DNA from: Candidatus Nanopusillus sp. | GTDB taxonomy: Archaea > Nanobdellota > Nanobdellia > Nanobdellales > Nanobdellaceae | Direction of reading: 5' to 3' | Assembly: GCA_036845085.1 (NCBI GenBank) | Contig: DAIUEN010000005.1 | Span: 1 to 26,134, forward strand | DNA: 26,134 nt | Shown here: piece after piece, positions 8,700-16,282 of the stretch | Layout: each line of letters starts with the position of its first letter | Position numbering within the stretch: position 1 is the first letter of the stretch | Notes under the pieces: model-generated | The model's database searches: none | Seen by the model: the letters and a program-made list of their open reading frames with translations, nothing else | Told to the model about the DNA's origin: nothing | Translations under genes and position numbers: made by a program

Positions 8700-9605
8700 C
8701 TATGTTTTATTTTGGTTATTTTGACTTTTAACACTCCAATATGCTTCTTCAATTGCTTTATTTACTTCATCTATTATTTCATCTAATCTTTCTATTGTTT
8801 TAAATTGTATAACAATTAATAAAACATTTATATTACCTCTTTTTTCAAGGAAATATATTTGAGGCTTTGGTATATCCTCATGGCTTAAATATTTATCGAA
8901 TAATTTATCAGAAAGTTCTATTACTTTTGTAGCATCAACGTCCGCATTTATTGATGTTTCCATTGTATATATCATATATTCACCACTTTTTCTTACTTTA
9001 TGTATTACTACATTGTTTAATAAATAATTATTTGGAAATAAAAATTTAGTACCATAAATTGTCTTTATAGAAGTATTTATTATATCAACTTTTCTTACTT
9101 CTCCAACATATGGCAATACTCTTACTCCTGAAAAAGCATTATGGATTATAACAATATCCCCTGGTGATAAGGATTCGGATGCTGTAAGTAATAAACCGGC
9201 AAAGAAATGTTGTAAAGATGATTGTAATGCAAGACCTAATATAATACCTCCTATAGTTCCTCCTAGAAGAGCGTCAGATATTTTTAGCCCCAATGATAAT
9301 AATATCGCTGTTATATATATTGAATATAGTATAACATCTGAAACTAATTTGACTAAACTAGTTAGGTGCTGTGGTATTTTGGGTAATATATCGAGAATTA
9401 TGTATTTTTTAATTATAGAAATAATAATATATCCAACAATTATGACAATTGATGTTTTTACAAATATTCTTATTGTATTTAATATAGACTCTAAATAACT
9501 ATATTTGTTATATAGTAAAAATAATCCCATATCGATTAAGTAATATATCAATATAGCAAAAATGGCTAGTAATATTACTTTTATTGTATATATTTTGATT
9601 TTCAT
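8700..9605 (-). CDS. Small-conductance mechanosensitive channel (MscS family)
   Basis: Three N-terminal TM helices. The pore-lining glycine/alanine-rich helix is LGGTIGGIILGLALQSSLQHFFAGLLL. It is followed by a beta-rich domain (PGDIVII...VGEVRKVDIINTSIKT) and a C-terminal alpha/beta domain. Confidence 0.8.
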   Translation of the reverse strand: MKIKIYTIKVILLAIFAILIYYLIDMGLFLLYNKYSYLESILNTIRIFVKTSIVIIVGYIIISIIKKYIILDILPKIPQHLTSLVKLVSDVILYSIYITAILLSLGLKISDALLGGTIGGIILGLALQSSLQHFFAGLLLTASESLSPGDIVIIHNAFSGVRVLPYVGEVRKVDIINTSIKTIYGTKFLFPNNYLLNNVVIHKVRKSGEYMIYTMETSINADVDATKVIELSDKLFDKYLSHEDIPKPQIYFLEKRGNINVLLIVIQFKTIERLDEIIDEVNKAIEEAYWSVKSQNNQNKT

Positions 9606-9638
9606 AAAACTTTATTAATTATATAAAAATTTATTAAT

Positions 9639-10355
9639 TTATCTTCCAAATCTTCTCTCTCTATTTTTATATATTTCAATTGCATTTAAAAAATCTTCCT
9701 TTGTAATCTCTGGCCAATATTTATTTAGAACATATAACTCAGAATATGCCATTTCATATAATAAAAAATTACTTATTCTATTTTCTCCACCAGTTCTAAT
9801 TATTAAATCTGGTTCTGGATATGGAACTTCGTTTCCAAAGTATAAATATTTCATAAAAGAATTTTCTGTTATATTATTTATGTCTATAATTCCTTTTTTC
9901 ATATCTTCAAATAACTTTTTAATTCCATCTATTATTTCTTGTCTTCCACCATAAGCAATGGCTAGATTAAGATAATAATTTGAGTAATCTTTTGTTAAAT
10001 CTTCAGTTGCCTTTATTTCGTTTTGTAAGTCTTTTGGGAGCATCCATTTTCTACCAATAACTTTTACTTTTACCTTTTTTTCATGTATTAATTTACTTTC
10101 TCTTATTTTATTTAAGAATTCTTTTATAAGTTCTTTTAGAATATTTATTTCTTCTTTCGACCTATTTATTATATTTTCTGTAGATAGAACAAAGAAAGTT
10201 ATAACTTTTATACCCAAATCTATAGACCAACTAAAAAATTCTTCTGCTTTATGTGCTCCTATTTTATATGCTTCAGATAATGATAAGTTATACTTTTTTG
10301 CGTATCTTCTATTTCCATCAGGTATCACTGCAATATGATTTAAAACATTACTCAT
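9639..10355 (-). CDS. uppS: Di-trans,poly-cis (undeca)prenyl diphosphate synthase, cis-prenyltransferase
   Basis: HIAVIPDGNRRYAKK, FVLSTENINRS, AIAYGGRQEI, IIRTGGENRISNFLLYEMAYSELY, and a C-terminal RERRFGR. These are canonical UPPS motifs. Confidence 0.92.
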   Translation of the reverse strand: MSNVLNHIAVIPDGNRRYAKKYNLSLSEAYKIGAHKAEEFFSWSIDLGIKVITFFVLSTENIINRSKEEINILKELIKEFLNKIRESKLIHEKKVKVKVIGRKWMLPKDLQNEIKATEDLTKDYSNYYLNLAIAYGGRQEIIDGIKKLFEDMKKGIIDINNITENSFMKYLYFGNEVPYPEPDLIIRTGGENRISNFLLYEMAYSELYVLNKYWPEITKEDFLNAIEIYKNRERRFGR

Positions 10356-10386
10356 AAAGTATTAAAGTATACTAAAAAATTTAAAA

Positions 10387-10986
10387 ATGGCGGAGTTTCT
10401 TTATTATTTTATGGCTTCGTGGCTTATAGTAGTGATTATATTAGTCGTATTTTTGATAATGGGGGTATTATTTTATGTATCGGTCTATAACTCTTTAGTA
10501 GCTTTGAAAAAAAATGCAGAGAAAGCGTGGTCTAATATTGATGTATTATTACAGAAAAGGCATGATATGTTAATAAAGTTAGTAGAAACAGTTAGTAGCT
10601 ATTTAAGATATGAAAAATCAGTATTCGAAAGAGTAACTCAGCTTAGATCGCAATTTATGTCTATACCACCAGATGATATACAAGGAAAGATAAATCTATC
10701 CAATCAGATTACTGGAATGTTTAGATATTTGTTCGCAGTAATAGAAAATTATCCAGACCTAAAAGCCAATCAAAATGTAATGCATTTACAACAGGTTATT
10801 GTTGAATTAGAATCTCAATTAGCTGATGCAAGGCAATTTTATAATGAAGCTGTTACTATGTTAAACACAAAAATAGAACAAATACCTTACAATTTTATAG
10901 CTTCTATGGCTGGAATAAAACCAATGCCATTATACCATGCTCCGGAAGAAGCAAGGAGAGATGTATCTACTAGATTAGAATTCTAA
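10387..10986 (+). CDS. lemA: LemA-family membrane protein
   Basis: Single N-terminal TM followed by YNSLVALKKNAEKAWSNIDVLLQKRHDMLIKLVETV...YPDLKANQNVMHLQQVIVELESQLADARQFYNEAV..N.KIEQIPYNFIA. This is the characteristic LemA pattern. Confidence 0.85.
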   Translation: MAEFLYYFMASWLIVVIILVVFLIMGVLFYVSVYNSLVALKKNAEKAWSNIDVLLQKRHDMLIKLVETVSSYLRYEKSVFERVTQLRSQFMSIPPDDIQGKINLSNQITGMFRYLFAVIENYPDLKANQNVMHLQQVIVELESQLADARQFYNEAVTMLNTKIEQIPYNFIASMAGIKPMPLYHAPEEARRDVSTRLEF

Positions 10987-10990
10987 AAAG

Positions 10991-12313
10991 ATGAAAAACG
11001 ATCCTCAAAATTTTTTTTATCCATCTAATTATGTTAAAATGCCATCTCAACAAGAAGTAGCTCCAACTGATACACAAAATCAGTATTATAATACACAAAA
11101 TACACAAGTACAGCAACAAAATAATAATAAAAATTCTAAAATTATAACTTTTGCAAAAGAAGTATATTTAAGAAATTTATCATCTACTAGAACAGAATAT
11201 CATAATTATGTACCAGATTATGCTTCTAATATTAAAGCAAAAAATTATATAGACGTTGGAACATATCTTATTCTATTAATTGTTTTTGTAATATCTGATA
11301 TTTTTTTTAGAGGTACCGTAATATTTCCTATATCTTTATTAGTAATAGGAGCTGTTTTGATAATATTAGGATTTAAAAAATATACAATATATAATTTTCT
11401 TGCAAATACTCCAATAACTAAAATACATGTAGCTACATATGGATTATATAAAGTGAAGGGAAGATTTATACCATACAATAATCAAGTATTGATTTCTCCA
11501 ATTGGTGGACAGAGATGTATATATTATTCTGTTTCTTTATGGTATATTTATGAAGTTAGACGTGGTTCTTCATCTAGTTGGCGTATTGTATTTTTAGATA
11601 GTCTTGATGCTGGAGTACCAGCTTTATTTACAGATGGAACTGGATTTTTAGCTGTTGATTTAGAAAAAGCTCCGAATGTAGAAGGAAGGGCAAATATTAT
11701 AGAAGTTATACCTTCAGATCTTAATTTGTTCAATTTCTTTGGTATGAATAATAAAAAGATAGCTAATGATGTAATGACATATATAAGATATGCTGCTAGT
11801 AACAATACACAAGCTAACTTATTCAATTTAAGAAATTATAGTTTTAGATTTCAAACAAATAAAGTTAGAGATTTAAAGTCGGGTGTATCTGAAAGTGATT
11901 TAATAAAATCGGATGGTATAGATTTTGGAAGAATGTTCAGACCTAATTTTGGTAGTAGATCGTATATTTATTTATTAGAGCAATATATTCCATTAGATGA
12001 AGATTATATTGTTATTAGTGGATTTGCCGATACTGGAAAAACCATTAATGCAAAACCTGTAAAAGTTACAGTTCCAGATACTACTACTGGAATGCTAGCC
12101 TTATTTTTGGAAGGATCAGATAAGAAATATAATGCAATTAATATGGGTGGAAGAAAAATGAGTTCTACAACAATAAGTTTTGATCTATTTAGTATATTTG
12201 GAGGTGGTATAGAAGGTTATAAAAAGAAATTCTTAATTTTAACAGCATTAAATCTATTATTTGGAGTTGGGTCTTTGATACACGGAATTATCTTGTTGAT
12301 AGCTTTTTTATAA
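10991..12313 (+). CDS. Membrane protein with Q/N-rich N-terminus, two central TM helices, a GIDE-like beta-rich domain and a C-terminal TM anchor
   Basis: Starts 4 nt after the lemA stop. Low-complexity region TDTQNQYYNTQNTQVQQQNNNKNSK. TM pair YLILLIVFVISDIFF / ISLLVIGAVLIILGF, then PITKIHVATYGLYKVKGRF...SPIGGQRCIYYSVSLWYIYE. This resembles my recollection of GIDE-type (Pfam PF12483) proteins, which often neighbour LemA, and needs an HMM check. Confidence 0.6.
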   Translation: MKNDPQNFFYPSNYVKMPSQQEVAPTDTQNQYYNTQNTQVQQQNNNKNSKIITFAKEVYLRNLSSTRTEYHNYVPDYASNIKAKNYIDVGTYLILLIVFVISDIFFRGTVIFPISLLVIGAVLIILGFKKYTIYNFLANTPITKIHVATYGLYKVKGRFIPYNNQVLISPIGGQRCIYYSVSLWYIYEVRRGSSSSWRIVFLDSLDAGVPALFTDGTGFLAVDLEKAPNVEGRANIIEVIPSDLNLFNFFGMNNKKIANDVMTYIRYAASNNTQANLFNLRNYSFRFQTNKVRDLKSGVSESDLIKSDGIDFGRMFRPNFGSRSYIYLLEQYIPLDEDYIVISGFADTGKTINAKPVKVTVPDTTTGMLALFLEGSDKKYNAINMGGRKMSSTTISFDLFSIFGGGIEGYKKKFLILTALNLLFGVGSLIHGIILLIAFL

Positions 12314-12333
12314 ACTATTTTTGAATTTTTAAT

Positions 12334-12735
12334 TTATTGTGGTAATATTATTGGCTCTCTTGGTGGAGCTGGTAGGTATATGAAACATTCTACAACTTTT
12401 TTCTGATTTTTAGTAGATATAATATATAAACTATTGTAATTATTTACTTTACATATTTCGCTAGAACCTTTGTTTATTTTTTGGAAATAACATAATGTTT
12501 CATTATTTATATTTTGAACCACAACATCGTAAATTGTACTAATAGCATTTATAATAATGAATGTACCATTTCCTTTTTGTGAACAATATGCAGAAAAGGA
12601 TTCTTCGTAGTAAGGTATATTCCTTTTTGTCATTTCATAATACCAACTAGTCAAAACAATACTAGCTATAAGGGTGGATATTCCAATCAACAATAAACCA
12701 ATTTTTCCTAAATCTAAATCTTTTATCTTAGACAT
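12334..12735 (-). CDS. Small membrane-anchored, probably extracytoplasmic protein with 4 cysteines (133 aa)
   Basis: N-terminal signal-anchor IGLLLIGISTLIASIVLTSW. Beta-rich remainder with C51, C82, C95, C117 and a proline-rich tail APPREPIILPQ. Confidence 0.5.
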   Translation of the reverse strand: MSKIKDLDLGKIGLLLIGISTLIASIVLTSWYYEMTKRNIPYYEESFSAYCSQKGNGTFIIINAISTIYDVVVQNINNETLCYFQKINKGSSEICKVNNYNSLYIISTKNQKKVVECFIYLPAPPREPIILPQ

Positions 12736-12786
12736 GGACTAATATTGTACTCTATATTTAAAAATATTTACTGTAACTATATAGTC

Positions 12787-13419
12787 ATGAATGTTGTTGA
12801 TAGGGAAGTTACTATTGACCTAAAAAATATACCATTCAACCCTATGGGTAAAAATGATATAAAAAAGTTAGAAACATTTTTAGTGATATATACTTTGTAT
12901 AGACCAGAGGTTTTAGATTTAATAAAAGATCCAAATGAAAAAGCTACGTGGGTTGATAGCTTGGCAATTGCTGCAGCAGCTTTTGCTAGATATAAGGCTG
13001 GTATTCCAATAAGTTTAATAGCTGATGAATTGGGGAGATCTGAAGAAAGTATAAGAAATCATATAAGTGGAAAAACAAAGGCCGGAAAATTGGTTATAGA
13101 AACTTATGAAAAATTAAAATCTGGACAAATGAAGATAGTTCTTCCATTATTTTCTAATGAAAGCGAAGAGGAAATTAATAAATTAAAGAATCAAATCAAA
13201 GTTTTGGAAGAAGAATTAAATAAAATAAAGAAAGAAAAAGAAGAAATGAGCAATTTAATAAATAATAAAGATAATATGATATATAATCTTCAAGTTGAAC
13301 TTAGTAAAATAAAATCTGAATTAGAAAAATTGAATAAAGAGAAGGAAGATATTGTTAATAAATATAAATATTTGCAGAATAAATTATTAGAGATAAAGAA
13401 ACTTCTAGAAAGCGTATAA
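12787..13419 (+). CDS. Putative HTH DNA-binding protein with a long C-terminal coiled coil
   Basis: HTH-like segment ISLIADELGRSEESIRNHISGKTKAGKLV. The C-terminal ~90 aa are heptad-like K/E/L/N repeats. I prefer ATG 12787 (MNVVDREV) over the track's TTG at 12745, because a TATA-like ctatatttaaaaata lies about 20-35 nt upstream of 12787. Confidence 0.6.
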   Translation: MNVVDREVTIDLKNIPFNPMGKNDIKKLETFLVIYTLYRPEVLDLIKDPNEKATWVDSLAIAAAAFARYKAGIPISLIADELGRSEESIRNHISGKTKAGKLVIETYEKLKSGQMKIVLPLFSNESEEEINKLKNQIKVLEEELNKIKKEKEEMSNLINNKDNMIYNLQVELSKIKSELEKLNKEKEDIVNKYKYLQNKLLEIKKLLESV

Positions 13420-13642
13420 ATATTTTTTATACTTTACTTTTTATATGATTTGTTTCTAGGTAATTAATTGTTTATGCAAATAAAGTATTTAAAATTAGAA
13501 TTTATACAAACCATAATATTGATTTTTTATAAAGAATTATTTTTTAGATTTATAAATCCAAATCCTAAAGAATTAAAAATTTATAGAAATACCTTTCATT
13601 TTTATCTAAATTTCTTAATACATTTAGTTTCTTCTATATATG

Positions 13643-14002
13643 TTACATTTCTTTTTTTCTAAATTCTAATTCATTAAATAGAGACTCTTCAAAGTATAGT
13701 TCATAATAAATATTATATTTTAATAAACTTTGCATTTTTAAATCATCTAACCAGTCGAATAAAGAATCTCCTTTTTCGAAACTATAATAAATATCTTTTA
13801 TTTTTATGATTCTAAATTTAGATTTATCTAGATATTTTAAATCTCTTATTTTGATTTCTTTTATTTCTGAGTCTATTTTTAATTTTTCTTTCTTAAATTC
13901 TTTTAAAACTTCTGTATTATTTGTAAATACTTTATAAACATAAAAACCATCAGATATTAAGACTTCTTTACCTTTTCTTAAAGTTATTGGAGTAGTGATT
14001 TC
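13643..14002 (-). pseudogene. 119-codon open frame without any ATG/GTG/TTG start: truncated gene remnant or non-canonically initiated gene
   Basis: My translation: (TAG) EITTPITLRKGKEVLISDGFYVYKVFTNNTEVLKEFKKEKLKIDSEIKEIKIRDLKYLDKSKFRIIKIKDIYYSFEKGDSLFDWLDDLKMQSLLKYNIYYELYFEESLFNELEFRKKEM*. An open frame of this length is very unlikely by chance in stop-rich AT DNA. The only ATGs are near the 3' end, so it is absent from the ORF track. Confidence 0.4.
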
Positions 14003-14160
14003 CTAGGAAAAATCTAATTTTATATAGAATTTTATTAAGCCAGAGATTTTAAAATAAAGGCTTCCTAATTTTATTTCTTATATATTAAATTAATTAATTT
14101 TTTGTTTGAAGAAGAAATTACCAATTTGTACTTATTATCTACAAATATATTTGAGAAATT

Positions 14161-14482
14161 AAAAAACTTAAAACCTTTGTATGAATGTACCCAAGCGAGT
14201 TCTGTAGATTAATATATAAAACCCGACTCTTTAAGCTTAGCATTATGGCTTTTTGAACACATCTGGTAGCAGGTTGAACGCTTTTTCAGTAACTTCTATG
14301 TTTAAGCTTATTAGTCTCCTATGCAATTTGATTTTAGGATCAAACTTTGTTTGAGGAATTCAAGAGATTTCTTTATAATATGGCGTTCGCCGAACGCACC
14401 CCTAGGCTGCATAGGTTTTATTAGGTTGTCCAATATTTCTTTAAATTGAAGTATGGGATTTATGAAAAAAGGTTTTCCAGTT
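14161..14482 (-). ncRNA. Candidate structured non-coding RNA (~320 nt), class unresolved; strand tentative
   Basis: No long ORF. G+C is 110/320 (34%) by my count, against a much lower background. Nested helices (plus-strand coordinates): 14170-14178/14468-14476 (9 bp, terminal); 14318-14325/14408-14415 (8 bp) enclosing hairpins 14327-14344 and 14383-14397 (gcgttcg/cgaacgc); 14232-14239/14303-14310 (8 bp); hairpin 14431-14448. The minus sense is favoured by two A.C mismatches that become G.U, a U6 tract (14161-14166) directly after the terminal stem, and a TTTATAT box about 27-30 nt upstream of 14480. Confidence 0.45.
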
Positions 14483-14531
14483 ATAAGTTCTAATAAACTA
14501 TGAAAAAATATAAAAATTTTTTTAAATTTTT

Positions 14532-15440
14532 TTATGGATTAAAAATTTCTTTGATTCCAAATATACTACCAAGCCATTCTCCTAATATATAAGTCAATAG
14601 CGCTGTACTAAATAACAATATTACAGTTTGTATGAGTTCTGATTTAAAATCTTTGTCTGAATAAACTGATGATTGAAATGTAAAAATAAAGATTAAAAAG
14701 ATGCAGATAATAATAGAGAATATAAATGCTACATGTGGATTTTTTATTAGGAAATATGGAATTGATATAAGTAATACCGTTATTATATAACCAAAACCAG
14801 TAATAATTGCAGAAATTTTAGGAGATTTTCCAGTTTCTTGCTTAGCTTGTAAATAAGATGCAGAAGCCATAGATATAGAAGCTCCTATTCCAACAATTAA
14901 ACCAATTGTTCCGGCTATTATAGTATTGTTTGTTGTACCCAATGTACCTGCATGAGCTCCTGTAATTTCAATAATAGCATCAGCAAGTCCTAGTACTAAA
15001 GCCCCCATATATTTTACAATAGTTTCATCTATCTGGTTTATTAGAGTATTTTCATGTTCTTCTTCATCTTTGATAATTTCTTGAAGTTTTTTCTTATCTT
15101 CATCAGATAAGAAATCTAATATTGACATATATTTTTTTATAATTTCTTTTTCTTCACGTTCTAATAATTTGACTACAAATGTAATACCGAATATTAATCT
15201 TAAAATCAACATAAAAGTAATATATAACTTTATTCTAAATACTGGTAATTTTGTTTGAACAAATTTGCTCCAAAATTTATAATGTTCATACTCTTGAGCT
15301 GCAAGTTTTTCTAATATTTTTTTTCTTTTTTCATTTCTTTCAAATTTAGACAAAGTATTATAAACTATGTAATCTTTGAATTCATCTAACAAAGCTTCTT
15401 TAGCTACTTTAGCGATTTCATGATTACTAATAGACTCCAT
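14532..15440 (-). CDS. Ferritin-like (rubrerythrin-type) domain fused to a VIT1/CCC1-family iron/manganese transporter
   Basis: N-terminal di-iron-type ExxH motifs (AAQEYEHYKFW and DEEEHENTL). C-terminal VIT1-like TM core (GALVLGLADAIIEITGAHAG...GLIVGIGASISMASASYL...). Confidence 0.85.
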   Translation of the reverse strand: MESISNHEIAKVAKEALLDEFKDYIVYNTLSKFERNEKRKKILEKLAAQEYEHYKFWSKFVQTKLPVFRIKLYITFMLILRLIFGITFVVKLLEREEKEIIKKYMSILDFLSDEDKKKLQEIIKDEEEHENTLINQIDETIVKYMGALVLGLADAIIEITGAHAGTLGTTNNTIIAGTIGLIVGIGASISMASASYLQAKQETGKSPKISAIITGFGYIITVLLISIPYFLIKNPHVAFIFSIIICIFLIFIFTFQSSVYSDKDFKSELIQTVILLFSTALLTYILGEWLGSIFGIKEIFNP

Positions 15441-15480
15441 AAAAGATAAATATTATAGAGTTATAGATATTAATTTACTT

Positions 15481-15504
15481 GTCGTATAACCACGATTATC
15501 CGAC
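15481..15504. promoter_or_regulatory. Imperfect inverted repeat / hairpin (gtcgtataa ccacga ttatccgac) in the divergent VIT1 / hypothetical-gene spacer
   Basis: 4+4 bp arms with one mismatch and a 6-nt loop, in the G+C-richest part of the 162-nt spacer, 41 nt upstream of the VIT1-fusion start. Confidence 0.25.
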
Positions 15505-15602
15505 TTGCAATATAAACACTTCATAAGATAATTATTTAAGTGCTATTGCTTATTAGTAATAATATAAGAAAAATTTAAAAATTTCGTCATAATATATAGT
15601 GT

Positions 15603-16238
15603 ATGAGATTAGACAAAATAATGAAAATAATAGAAAGTAATCTAGGGGAAATAATGTATAATATGCATAAAAATGAAGGTTTCTTATATATCATATTAGT
15701 CGCTCAAGATCCTTTCGGAGAAATACAAATAATAGACCTTCCAGAAATATATGGATATGCTAAGGAAACAAAAAGCTTTGATGAAGTTATTGCTTCTTTA
15801 GAAGATTTTTATAAGTATTATGATTTAATAGCATTAATATCTTCTTCGAAATGTATTTTTGACCTAAGTACGATAATATATTTATTGGCAACCATTAATG
15901 GTTTTGATAGAATAAAATCATTAGAGTGGATAATAAATAAATGTAGTGTAAGGTACAGTATGATGTATCCTAAAATGGCTGTAAAGATAATAAGATCTAG
16001 TAATTTAAATACCCTTCAATATTTTTGTTATATGAAAATATCAAAAAATTCTTATAATTATCTAATAAATCTCAATTGTGTAGACTTGAAACCATATAAT
16101 GAAGAATTTACTAAATATATCATAAAAAGTAATGATGGAGATAGAATAATTAACTTTTCAGAAGTAGATAAAAAATTTAGAGAAATGTTTTCTAAAAAAG
16201 TAGGATTAGAAACATTAAATAAAAACATTAAGTTTTAA
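15603..16238 (+). CDS. Hypothetical protein (211 aa)
   Basis: Long clean ORF with typical local codon and amino-acid usage. No recognisable motif. Confidence 0.5.
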   Translation: MRLDKIMKIIESNLGEIMYNMHKNEGFLYIILVAQDPFGEIQIIDLPEIYGYAKETKSFDEVIASLEDFYKYYDLIALISSSKCIFDLSTIIYLLATINGFDRIKSLEWIINKCSVRYSMMYPKMAVKIIRSSNLNTLQYFCYMKISKNSYNYLINLNCVDLKPYNEEFTKYIIKSNDGDRIINFSEVDKKFREMFSKKVGLETLNKNIKF

Positions 16239-16282
16239 ATAAAAAATAAAAAGCCGTTATTTATTTTTTATGCTTAATACTT

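Noticed and set aside
12745-12786. TTG start at 12745 for the HTH/coiled-coil gene
   Set aside because: The 14 extra residues (MYSIFKNIYCNYIV) overlap what looks like the TATA-box region. An ATG at 12787 with suitable promoter spacing is preferred.
13468-13662. 64-aa plus-strand ORF in the 13.4-13.7 kb spacer
   Set aside because: F/I/L/Y-rich low-complexity translation. It overlaps the 3' end of the stronger minus-strand 119-codon frame. Most likely non-coding.
14311-14412. 33-aa minus-strand ORF (MQPRGAFGERHIIKKSLEFLKQSLILKSNCIGD) inside the island
   Set aside because: It is short, and it spans the G+C-rich hairpin and both arms of an 8-bp helix. RNA structure explains the composition better than coding does. 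It cannot be excluded without data.
14370-14420. tRNA, split-tRNA half or 5S rRNA fragment suggested by ggcgttcgccgaacgcacc (T-arm-like / CCGAAC-like)
   Set aside because: The hairpin loop is 3-5 nt rather than a 7-nt TTCRANY T-loop. No acceptor, D or anticodon arms can be built around it. The 5S-like resemblance does not extend beyond CCGAAC.
14161-14482. Calling the structured island RNase P RNA (because of minus-strand ACAGAACUCGCUU resembling CR-V) or SRP RNA (size, terminal helix)
   Set aside because: I could not find a CR-I GAGGAAAGUCC-like box positioned after the first hairpin, nor a strand able to form P4 with the CR-V-like segment in the correct order. I also could not find the SRP helix-8 GNAR tetraloop/AGCA motif. 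A 7-mer match is expected by chance in 26 kb. The class is left open pending a covariance-model search.
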